Below are positions 24,584 through 32,000 of a stretch of 32,000 nucleotides of DNA, piece after piece. The notes under the pieces were generated by a model. The model was given only the letters and a program-made list of their open reading frames with translations. It did not search any database and was not told where the DNA came from. A program made the translations under genes and the position numbers. Source of the DNA: Sinorhizobium meliloti (GTDB taxonomy: Bacteria; Pseudomonadota; Alphaproteobacteria; Rhizobiales; Rhizobiaceae); assembly GCF_017876815.1 (NCBI RefSeq), contig NZ_JAGIOS010000001.1, positions 2,520,001-2,552,000 on the forward strand, in the 5' to 3' direction. Each line of letters begins with the position of its first letter. Within the stretch, counting starts at the first letter, position 1.

Positions 24584-26134
24584 ATGCCTGCGGAGAGACT
24601 GGAGATGCGGCGTGTCCGCGAGATATTGAGATATCGCTTCGAACAAGGACTTGGCCACAAGTCGATCGCGGTTCGGGTTGGAGCTGCGCCATCGACGGTG
24701 CGCGAGACGCTTCGGCGTGCGGCCATTGCGGAGCTATCGTGGCCGTTGGGTGACGACATCAGCGATGCAGTCCTGGAAGCGGCGCTTTACAAGGCAGCCG
24801 GGACGAAGACGGGTCATCGTCGGAGCCCTGAGCCGGACTGGACGCAGGTCCACCGCGAGCTGAAGCGCAAGCATATGACGCTGCAGATCCTTTGGGACGA
24901 ATACATCAGCCGTTATCCGGAGGGCTATCGTTACAGTCGCTTCTGTGACCTCTACCGCGGCTGGGCGATGAAGTTGCCTGTGACGATGCGGCAGGATCAC
25001 GCGGCCGGCGACAAGCTGTTCGTCGACTACGCCGGCGACACGGTCACGGTTGTCGTTGATCGGCTGTCCGGCAAGACACGGCAGGCGCACCTGTTCGTGG
25101 CGGTTCTGGGAGCATCCAGCCTTTCATATGCGCAGGCACGTTGGAGCGAGACGCTTCCCGACTGGATTGAATGCCATATCCTGGCGCTGGAGTTCTTTGG
25201 CGGTGCGCCAGCCTTGCTGGTTCCCGACAATGCCAAGGTAGCGATCATCAAGGCCTGCCACTTCGATCCCCAGGTCAACCGGACGTATTGCGGGATGGCG
25301 GCCCATTATGGCAGCGCCGTCTTGCCGACGCGGCCGCGACGCCCGCGGGACAAGGCGAAAGTGGAAGCTGCGGTTCGTATCGTCGAACGTTGGCTGTTGG
25401 GCCGGCTGCGCCATCGCATCTTCTATAGTTTGGCCGAGGTCAATGCGGCGATTGGCCAATTGCTCCATGATCTCAATGATAAGCGCGTTCTGCGCCGTGT
25501 CGGCGCCACGCGCCGCCAATTGTTCGAGGAGCTTGATCGTCCGGCTTTGCGACCGCTGCCTGTCGAACGTTATGTCTTTGCCGAATGGCGTATCCGGCGC
25601 GCCGGGCTGGATTATCACGTCGAGATCGAGCGGCACTATTATTCCGTTCCCTATCGCTTTGCCCGCGAGCAGGTCGAGGCTCGTATCACCGCCAATACGA
25701 TCGAGATCTTCCACAAGGGCGAGCGAATTGCCGCTCACCGGCGCTCCAGCGGCAACGGCAAGCACACGACGATCCCCGATCATATGCCCTCTGCGCATCG
25801 CCGCTTTGCCGACTGGACGATTGAACGGATTCAACGCGAAGCCTCTGCGATGGGGCCGGATGTTGCGCTGTTGTGCGAGCGCATTCTTGCCGACAGGCCT
25901 CATCCCGAGCAGGGCTTTCGAGCTTGCCTCGGCATCATCCGCCTCAACAAGAGCTTCGGCCGCGACAGGGTCAATGCCGCTTGCGGCCGTGCGTTGGAGA
26001 TTGGCGCACGAACCTATGGCTCGGTGCGATCCATCCTCGACAATCACCTTGACCGGACGGCTGCCTCAAATGGAGCGGCGCCGCATGAACCGATCCATCA
26101 CGCCAACATCCGCGGACCTCGCTATTACCACTAA
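24584..26134 (+). CDS. istA: IS21-family transposase IstA
   Basis: 516 aa. N-terminal HTH (MRRVREILRY...GHKSIAVRVGAAPSTV), a DDE core (FVDYAGD...LVPDNAK...PRRPRDKAKVE), and an IstA-typical C-terminus. Confidence 0.92.
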   Translation: MPAERLEMRRVREILRYRFEQGLGHKSIAVRVGAAPSTVRETLRRAAIAELSWPLGDDISDAVLEAALYKAAGTKTGHRRSPEPDWTQVHRELKRKHMTLQILWDEYISRYPEGYRYSRFCDLYRGWAMKLPVTMRQDHAAGDKLFVDYAGDTVTVVVDRLSGKTRQAHLFVAVLGASSLSYAQARWSETLPDWIECHILALEFFGGAPALLVPDNAKVAIIKACHFDPQVNRTYCGMAAHYGSAVLPTRPRRPRDKAKVEAAVRIVERWLLGRLRHRIFYSLAEVNAAIGQLLHDLNDKRVLRRVGATRRQLFEELDRPALRPLPVERYVFAEWRIRRAGLDYHVEIERHYYSVPYRFAREQVEARITANTIEIFHKGERIAAHRRSSGNGKHTTIPDHMPSAHRRFADWTIERIQREASAMGPDVALLCERILADRPHPEQGFRACLGIIRLNKSFGRDRVNAACGRALEIGARTYGSVRSILDNHLDRTAASNGAAPHEPIHHANIRGPRYYH

Positions 26135-26146
26135 GGAGAACGAAAG

Positions 26147-26884
26147 ATGCTTGCCCATCCAACACTGGATAAATTGAATGCCATGGGCCTGGCCGGCATG
26201 GCAAAGGCCTTTGGCGAACTTGTTGCCAACGGCGAAGCCGAACATCTCTCGCACGCCGAATGGCTCGGACTGCTGCTCGAACGGGAGTGGAGCTCCCGTT
26301 ACGATCGGAAGCTTGCGGCACGCCTCAGGTTTGCCAAGCTTCGCCACCAGGCCACCCCAGAAGATGTCGACTATCGCGCCGACCGCGGCCTCGACCGTGC
26401 TCTCTTCATGAAGCTGCTCGGTGGCGACTGGATCAACGCCCATGACAATCTGGCCATTTGCGGACCCTCGGGTGTCGGAAAGAGTTGGTTGGCTTGCGCT
26501 CTCGGCCACAAGGCTTGCCGAGACGATCGCTCAGTTCTCTATCAGCGTGTCCCAAGGCTGTTTGCCCAGCTTGCGCTCGCGCGTGGTGATGGCCGCTACG
26601 CCCGCCTGCAACGAACCTTGGGCCATGTTCAGCTCCTGATACTGGATGATTGGGGGCTCGAGCCGCTCAACGAACAGGCCCGCCACGACCTGCTGGAAAT
26701 CCTCGAAGATCGCTATGGACGCAAATCAACGATCATTACCAGCCAACTTCCCGTGTCCGCATGGCACGGCGTCATTGGCGACCCAACCTACGCCGATGCC
26801 ATACTCGACAGGTTGGTCCACAATGCCCACCGCATCGAATTGAGCGGCGATAGTCTGCGCCGAAATCTACCGCGCAAAGCTTGA
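26147..26884 (+). CDS. istB: IS21-family helper ATPase IstB
   Basis: 245 aa. Walker A CGPSGVGKSW, Walker B LLILDDWG, and a typical IstB N-terminus (LDKLNAMGLAGMAKAF). Confidence 0.92.
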   Translation: MLAHPTLDKLNAMGLAGMAKAFGELVANGEAEHLSHAEWLGLLLEREWSSRYDRKLAARLRFAKLRHQATPEDVDYRADRGLDRALFMKLLGGDWINAHDNLAICGPSGVGKSWLACALGHKACRDDRSVLYQRVPRLFAQLALARGDGRYARLQRTLGHVQLLILDDWGLEPLNEQARHDLLEILEDRYGRKSTIITSQLPVSAWHGVIGDPTYADAILDRLVHNAHRIELSGDSLRRNLPRKA

Positions 26885-26935
26885 CACCTCGCCTGAATGA
26901 ACTGACAACAATCATCGCCTGCAGACCCCACTAAA

Positions 26936-27010
26936 CAGGGGGCGAGATCATCCCGGAAACCGGGGGCGCAATCATCTCGGAACAAAGGGGCGGCTTCATC
27001 GGAATCGGCA
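26936..27010. repeat. IS21 right-end multiple terminal repeats (about 3 units)
   Basis: The reverse complement reads TGCCGATTCCGATGAAGCCGCCCC, TTTGTTCCGAGATGATTGCGCCCCC, GGTTTCCGGGATGATCTCGCCCCC. This is the same unit as at the left end. Confidence 0.8.
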
Positions 27011-27017
27011 TGTATTT
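27011..27017. repeat. Target-site duplication, right copy (TGTATTT)
   Basis: Identical to 24406-24412. Confidence 0.8.
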
Positions 27018-27308
27018 GAAGTAGCACAGTGAGGCTATGTTGTATCCCTGACCGCACCCATACAGCACTCGTCGATATGGATTACTGTCGTCCGTAGCAA
27101 GGAGTGCGTTGGAGACTCCGAAATTGACAAGCAGGGCGACCAGCAGAAGAAATACCGAAGATATTCCATAAGGGGCATAAAAGATAATTGACGCCGTGAA
27201 AATGACCAGTAGTGCTTCATTCCTGCCTCGCGTCAAAAGCGCAAGGTAAAACGCAATAAGTGTCACCGGCAGGAAGAGAAATAGGAAGAGTGGATCGATA
27301 AAGATCAT
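27011..27308 (-). pseudogene. MBOAT (AlgI/DltB-like) O-acyltransferase, N-terminal fragment
   Basis: MIFIDPLFLFLFLPVTLIAFYLAL... is a typical AlgI/MBOAT N-terminus and ends ...NIASLCYFKY at the IS junction. Removing the IS plus one TSD copy joins it in frame to 24405 (..CYFKY-KIVTV..), giving a 522-aa protein. Confidence 0.85.
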
Positions 27309-27682
27309 ATCAAACCCAACCAATGTCAAAATTGGTCCGCAGCCACTTATCTGAGGCTGCGAATCCTACATGTGATGTAATTCGTCTTTGTCTTGCGATG
27401 CCAACGCAGCTCGCTGCGGAGCCCGAATGTCAATAAGTTTTGACAGCCTTATTTGACGCTGCCGAACAATGAAGAGATAACTATAGGTTATGCACCGAAA
27501 CACGAGGTTATCGGCAGAGTCTTCTATTGCAGCTAAAATTCAGGGGTAAAAAAAGCACGCATTGAAAGAGATGTAAATAGGATAGTAATGCCTTCGGCCT
27601 ATGTGACTGCGATTCAAAATTAAAACCTACGGGGTGTTGACGAAAATGCGTTGGCGCCGCTCTCCTGAAGCCGGTGCTCCTT

Positions 27683-28150
27683 TCACGCGTGACCGTTGAG
27701 CGGCGCGAGCGGATCTCCCTCGGCGCCCTCCACGGTCGCTCTTGTCATGAGTTCGACAACCAAGCCGGCCCGAGTGACTACGAAAGCAAGACGCCTCTTG
27801 AAAACCGCGCCATAGCAGGGGGCAACCACCACCATTCCGCCATCTGCCTCGAGTTTCGCCACGTCGTGCTCCAGATTGTCTGAGAACAGGCAGACGTGAT
27901 CGAGACCGCCGCCCTTGGCCAGCCGACTCGCGACGGGATTCGGCCCGTCACGCAACGGAGCCACCAGTTCGATCGGAACACTGTCGAGATAAATAAGGAG
28001 CGCGCAGGACACATTCTGGGCCGGATCGATTGCAGGCGGCACAACCAGCCTAGCTCCCTGCTGCGTCCACGTTTTCAGCGCACGATCCATGTTCGGCACG
28101 ACGAACCCATAGTGGAACACTTTACGCGGGTCGAAAGTGATATCTGCCAT
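27683..28150 (-). CDS. VOC-family protein (glyoxalase / methylmalonyl-CoA epimerase-like fold)
   Basis: 155 aa. FHYGFVVPNMDRALKTW and GLDHVCLFSDNLEHDVAKLEADGG are the paired beta-alpha-beta-beta-beta module signatures with His/Glu metal ligands. Confidence 0.7.
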   Translation of the reverse strand: MADITFDPRKVFHYGFVVPNMDRALKTWTQQGARLVVPPAIDPAQNVSCALLIYLDSVPIELVAPLRDGPNPVASRLAKGGGLDHVCLFSDNLEHDVAKLEADGGMVVVAPCYGAVFKRRLAFVVTRAGLVVELMTRATVEGAEGDPLAPLNGHA

Positions 28151-28356
28151 AGCTGGTGGCCCTGCTTGGGTTTAATGGCGTGATTTTTGCACGGGACGTT
28201 AACCGACCCGGCGCGGCTGCGCGAGCAGTTTCTTGCGGAAGACCCCGAAGGCTTCGATAGCGGAAGCAGGAGCGGCAAACGCCGCTCCGTTGTTGAGTAG
28301 TACCTTATTGATGACATCGATCTGCGCAGGAATTTGCGGATAAACGCGCCAAGCCA

Positions 28357-28968
28357 GTGACAGGGTTGGCAAGATGGAGCCTGCTCTCGTCCCAAGTCGC
28401 AGCGGCGTCACTGTCCAGATCAATCCTTGCTCGGCTGGATGAGGGTGATTTGCTCTTGGTGGCCGGCCGCCCAGGGCATGGCAAGACCACGCTCGGCCTT
28501 CAGCTGTTGCTCGACGCTGCCCGAGACGGCAGAAAAGCGGTCTTCTTCACGCTGGAGTTTACAGAACAGCAGGCGAGGCGGCACCTTCGGTCTTTGGACG
28601 AGGGGCGCCACGGTCTCTGCGATAAGCTGCAAATCTTGACGTCTGATGATATCAGCGCGGACTACATCATTCGCCATTTATCGGGGTCGGAGCGCGGGAC
28701 GGTTGCCGTTATCGACTATCTGCAGATACTGGATCAGCAGCGAAGCAAGCCAGCACTCTCGGATCAGGTTCTGGCTCTTGGCGACTTCGCCAGACAGACC
28801 GGAGTTGTATTCGGGTTCATCTCGCAGGTAGATCGGTCGTTTGATCCGGAAAGTAAGCGCTTGCCGGACATTCGGGACATTCGTCTTCCAAATCTCGTTG
28901 ATTTGCGGCTCTTCAACAAAGCCTACTTCCTACACAATGGTGAGGCCCGGCTTCAAGACGTTGCCTAA
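28357..28968 (+). CDS. Stand-alone DnaB C-terminal-domain-like (RecA-fold) ATPase, minimal (GTG start)
   Basis: 203 aa. Walker A GRPGHGKTT, a DnaB H2-like VIDYLQILD, and an H3-like FARQTGVVFGFISQVDR. It lacks the DnaB N-terminal domain, and the C-terminal motif region is degenerate. Confidence 0.65.
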   Translation: MTGLARWSLLSSQVAAASLSRSILARLDEGDLLLVAGRPGHGKTTLGLQLLLDAARDGRKAVFFTLEFTEQQARRHLRSLDEGRHGLCDKLQILTSDDISADYIIRHLSGSERGTVAVIDYLQILDQQRSKPALSDQVLALGDFARQTGVVFGFISQVDRSFDPESKRLPDIRDIRLPNLVDLRLFNKAYFLHNGEARLQDVA

Positions 28969-28977
28969 TGCGCTCAA

Positions 28978-29008
28978 CTGCCGCGATGTCCTGGAAGTGT
29001 CGCGGCAG
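28978..29008. other. Perfect 9-bp inverted repeat (CTGCCGCGA-N13-TCGCGGCAG)
   Basis: Located 10 nt after the DnaB-like stop. No U-tract follows, so it is not called as a terminator. Confidence 0.4.
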
Positions 29009-29164
29009 TCGGTCCGGCAGTGACGGGTGTTGGCGCGATGCCTGAACAGAGCTTGCACGAACGTGGCTTTACTCATCGGTTGCCGCTTGCAAATCACAGG
29101 ATTTCGATTTTACGCCAGCCGTTTTCAGCAATACGCTTCACCGACGAAATGCTGGAGAATCGCT

Positions 29165-29791
29165 ATGAACCGCGCGCTTGCATTCACAGTAGCCGTCCTG
29201 ACCTGCTCTCCGCTGTCGGCACAGGCCCAGGACACCTCCATGAGCTTCTTCGTCACCAGCGCAAATCCGGGCAGGGGTGGCGACCTCGGAGGCCTGGCCG
29301 GAGCCGACGCATACTGCAATTCTTTGGCGACGGCGAGTGGTTCGACGGGCAAGACCTGGAGAGCCTATCTATCCACCGACACCGAGAACGCCAGGGATCG
29401 GATCGGAAATGGTCCCTGGTACAACGCCAAGGGCGAGAAGATCGCTGACGATGTCGCCTCGCTTCACAGCGACAACAACAACTTGACCAAGCAGTCGGCT
29501 CTCAACGAGAAAGGCGAAGTCATTCCCGGCCGTGGCGACAGCCCGAACCGCCACGACATCCTGACCGGCTCGAAACCCGATGGAACCGCCGCACCGGAAA
29601 CCTGCGGAAATTGGACAATGGGCGGTGCGGAAGGCGCGGCGATCGTCGGCCACAGCGACCGCACGGGCCTGGACGATTCCGATGCGGCGAAATCCTGGAA
29701 CTCGTCGCATTCGACAAGAGGCGGCTGCTCGAACGAGGCATTCAAGGGAACCGGCGGAGACGGTCTCTTCTACTGCTTCGCAAGCAATTGA
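29165..29791 (+). CDS. Secreted endostatin-like (collagen NC10 / C-type-lectin-fold, DUF1554-like) protein
   Basis: Signal peptide MNRALAFTVAVLTCSPLSAQA. The mature part parallels human endostatin: GGDLGGLAGADAYC vs GGMRGIRGADFQC, KTWRAYLST vs GTFRAFLSS, GSKPDG...ETCGNW vs GSDPNG...YCETW, and a C-terminal FYCF vs VLCI. Confidence 0.65.
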   Translation: MNRALAFTVAVLTCSPLSAQAQDTSMSFFVTSANPGRGGDLGGLAGADAYCNSLATASGSTGKTWRAYLSTDTENARDRIGNGPWYNAKGEKIADDVASLHSDNNNLTKQSALNEKGEVIPGRGDSPNRHDILTGSKPDGTAAPETCGNWTMGGAEGAAIVGHSDRTGLDDSDAAKSWNSSHSTRGGCSNEAFKGTGGDGLFYCFASN

Positions 29792-30010
29792 CGGCAACAG
29801 GACTGCGCAACGGCTGCCGGTCCCATCGTTGACTATGTCGCGCGGACGACCCAAAGCTGCTCACGGCCATTATCAGGCGGCGACCTAGCATCAATTCATC
29901 CGCGCCGACGAGGGCGTTTTGGGATGCTCGCAACCAGAGTTCACGCACTTGCAACATGAGGCAATTCGGGCTTGAAATTCGTCAGGATTCCCTTTGTCTC
30001 TGAAGCAGCC

Positions 30011-30772
30011 ATGCCAAAATTCGACTCCTACGTGATCTGCACTTCTCCGCGCAGCGGCAGTACGCTTTTGTGCAAGCTGCTGGCGGCGACGGGCATCTCC
30101 GGGAACCCCGGGTCCTACTTTCATCGCCCCTCGATTGCCGAATGGCTGGCCTACTTCGAACCGGCCGCAGACGCCTCAAGGCCCGAGGCCGATATTCTGG
30201 CTACGATATTTCGAGCGGCAATCGCCAAAGGAAGCGGTGATACAAGCATGTTCGGCCTGCGGCTCCAAAGACATAGCTTTGATTTCTTCGTCCAGAAACT
30301 GGCAGTCCTGCACCCGGAACGCTCCAGTGATTTGCAACGAATTGAAGCGGCCTTCGGACAGACACTTTTTCTCCATCTCACTCGGCTCGACAAGGTTGAG
30401 CAGGCTGTCTCGCTGGTAAAGGCCGAGCAAACCGGGCTGTGGCATGCAGCTCCGGATGGAACCGAGCTGGAACGGACCGCGCCGCCAAGTGCACCTGTTT
30501 ACAACTCCGATGAAATCCGAACCTGGTACGAGAGATTTGCAGCCTATGACCAGGCCTGGAACGACTGGTTCGAAATGCAAGGAATTGAGCCCTTTCGGAT
30601 CGCATATGAGGCGCTTTCAGCCGATCCCCTGGGGAGCCTGCGCAAAGTACTGAGCCGACTGGGATTGAAGTGCGAGGGCGCGAGCGGCATCACACCCGGT
30701 GTGGGAAAGCTAGCCGACGCCACCAATCATGAATGGGCAATGCGTTTCCGTTTGGAGCACAATATCGCTTGA
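30011..30772 (+). CDS. Stf0-family sulfotransferase
   Basis: YVICTSPRSGSTLLCKLL (PAPS 5'-phosphosulfate-binding loop, as in mycobacterial Stf0 YLILATQRSGSTLL), LFLHLTRLDKVEQAVSLVKAEQTGLW, and WNDWFEMQGIEPFRIAYEAL. Confidence 0.75.
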   Translation: MPKFDSYVICTSPRSGSTLLCKLLAATGISGNPGSYFHRPSIAEWLAYFEPAADASRPEADILATIFRAAIAKGSGDTSMFGLRLQRHSFDFFVQKLAVLHPERSSDLQRIEAAFGQTLFLHLTRLDKVEQAVSLVKAEQTGLWHAAPDGTELERTAPPSAPVYNSDEIRTWYERFAAYDQAWNDWFEMQGIEPFRIAYEALSADPLGSLRKVLSRLGLKCEGASGITPGVGKLADATNHEWAMRFRLEHNIA

Positions 30773-30791
30773 ATGGTTGACCCGAAGGAGT

Positions 30792-31130
30792 TCAGGTCAA
30801 AAAGGGCATGATATCTACGCCGTCTCCTGGAAAGACTGTAATATGCGGGTGGTCCTGGAACAGCCGCGCCGCGGCCTCGATGCTTTCCGCCTCGACGACA
30901 AGGTAGCCGCAAAAGGGGTTCACGGCAGCGGCGACACCGTCCTTGGTCACGCGCGTCGTCTTGCCCACCATGCCACCACGATCGAGGATGGATGCGGCGT
31001 TTCTGTCCTCCCACGCTGCCCACTGTTCCAGGCCGACGGCATCGACCGCGTCCTGCTCGGCCTTGGGCAGGCTGCGGAAAGAGGCGAGGTCTTCGGGCTT
31101 CATGGTGTACACGGCTAGAAAACGGGGCAT
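30792..31130 (-). CDS. Small conserved hypothetical protein (dimeric alpha/beta-barrel-like)
   Basis: 112 aa from MPRFLAVYTMKPEDL. Its size and the pattern ...GYLVVEAESIEAAARLFQDHPH... resemble YCII/EthD-type barrels. Weak call. Confidence 0.45.
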   Translation of the reverse strand: MPRFLAVYTMKPEDLASFRSLPKAEQDAVDAVGLEQWAAWEDRNAASILDRGGMVGKTTRVTKDGVAAAVNPFCGYLVVEAESIEAAARLFQDHPHITVFPGDGVDIMPFLT

Positions 31131-31245
31131 CGGCGCTCTCTTCGTGGTGGTAGATGGGTACAAACTTACACTCTGTGCGGCCGAAGTCACCCGCTTGCCG
31201 CCACCAATCGTGGTCGGGAGATAGGCAGCTTCCGGCCCAAACCGG

Positions 31246-31773
31246 TCATTTAGGTAGTCCCGCTTCCCATTCCGAACGGAGCATGCTCATGATTGCGGTG
31301 TCCCATCTCTCGTCACCAACTTTGACAGACGACCGCCTCACTCCCTCGTGAAAAAAACCGACCTTGTTGTAGGTTCGGATAGCGGCACTGTTCCAGCTAT
31401 ATACGTTTAGCTCAGTTCTCTCGATTTCCGGATGAGAGAATGCCTGTTCCAATGCCGCTTCCAGCAACGATTTAGCTAGTCCTTGCCCCCGCATTGTTGG
31501 CGCGACCATGACGCGGCCAATCCTTGCAACGCCATTTCTCCAGTCCACAGCTAATTGGATATGGCCTACCAGAGCTTGAGTGGCGTTAACAGCCATCCAA
31601 GATAGCCGCTTTGGTGGTGCCGTTGTCCCGTCGATGATCATCTGTTCAAGCTGATCGTCGGTGATCGGATAAGTCAGATCAGGTCCGCCCCACTGCACCA
31701 CATCGCGCTCGCTGCTGAGCCAACTGCGAAGGACTGGAAAGTGTTTTGTTTCGAAATCGATTAAATTCATCAT
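31246..31773 (-). CDS. GNAT-family N-acetyltransferase
   Basis: 175 aa from MMNLIDFE. Acetyl-CoA-binding motif A VAPTMRGQGLAKSLLEAALEQAF, and RimJ/RimL-like NVYSWNSAAIRTYNKVGF. Confidence 0.8.
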   Translation of the reverse strand: MMNLIDFETKHFPVLRSWLSSERDVVQWGGPDLTYPITDDQLEQMIIDGTTAPPKRLSWMAVNATQALVGHIQLAVDWRNGVARIGRVMVAPTMRGQGLAKSLLEAALEQAFSHPEIERTELNVYSWNSAAIRTYNKVGFFHEGVRRSSVKVGDERWDTAIMSMLRSEWEAGLPK

Positions 31774-32000
31774 CTGCTCATTACAAACCGAACCGAGATT
31801 AAGCCTATAGCTTGAGACATCCACAGCGCAATGACCGCTGTTGGCGCATAAAAGCCATGCCGGAAGTGGGCTCTAGTCTGTATTCTTCGGGCATAAATCT
31901 TCAATCGCTGCCAACCTAGCGAAAAGCATACTTCCCTGTTGCCAGTGTATGGCATTCCAGCCGCAGAGTCGTGCGGCATCAATATTTGCGGGCGGATCGT

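Larger units (their letters stand above)
24413..27010 (+). mobile_element. IS21-family insertion sequence (2,598 bp)
   Basis: Termini are TGCAAATTCCGA... and ...TCGGAATCGGCA (imperfect IRs, TG/CA ends). Multiple internal terminal repeats, an istA-istB gene pair, and a 7-bp TSD. It interrupts the MBOAT gene. Confidence 0.9.

Noticed and set aside
23135-24658. The 507-aa ORF taken at face value as an intact MBOAT gene
   Set aside because: Its first ~82 residues are translated from the IS21 left end, antisense to the istA 5' region. The genuine MBOAT N-terminus lies at 27308-27011 on the other side of the IS.
28199-28423. A 74-aa minus-strand ORF between the VOC and DnaB-like genes
   Set aside because: It overlaps the DnaB-like start, has no RBS or motif, and may at most be a remnant. 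Evidence is insufficient.
30773-30791. The inverted repeat TTGACC-N13-GGTCAA between the convergent sulfotransferase and barrel-protein genes, considered as a bidirectional terminator
   Set aside because: The stem is only 6 bp with a long loop, and there is no proper U-tract after it in either direction.

Overview
High-GC, Rhizobiales-like DNA in three parts. All calls rest on motif recognition by eye; no database search was run.

(1) 1-~18.5 kb: right-hand portion of a lambdoid-style prophage. It has a divergent cro-like/cI-like switch at ~9.05-9.18 kb.
- The minus-strand early/replication operon carries a GcrA-like protein, an MT-A70 N6-adenine methylase, a RuvC-like resolvase, a PAPS-reductase-like protein, a C5-cytosine methylase and a RepA/AAA_25-type ATPase. 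A repeat array follows, then HNH endonuclease, P27-type small terminase and a ParB-methylase fusion cut by the window edge.
- The plus-strand operon carries a YqaJ exonuclease, many tightly coupled small unknown ORFs, an excisionase-like HTH and a tyrosine integrase. Downstream are an orphan HicB antitoxin and a 34-bp-periodic repeat tract that may be the att arm.

(2) ~18.6-19.65 kb: lower-GC stretch with conflicting or decayed reading frames.

(3) 19.67-32 kb: accessory chromosomal region. The most interesting item is a co-directional minus-strand cluster: VOC-fold protein, MBOAT (AlgI/DltB-like), a membrane-anchored DltD/AlgJ-like protein, an acyl carrier protein and an FkbH-type HAD-IIIC loader. 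It follows Dlt-like logic, with an FkbH loader where Dlt has the adenylating ligase. In this strain the MBOAT is cleanly split by a 2,598-bp IS21-family element (istA/istB, 7-bp target duplication).

Further right are a minimal DnaB-C-terminal-like ATPase, a secreted endostatin-like protein, an Stf0-type sulfotransferase, a small alpha/beta-barrel-like protein and a GNAT. No rRNA, tRNA or CRISPR array was found.
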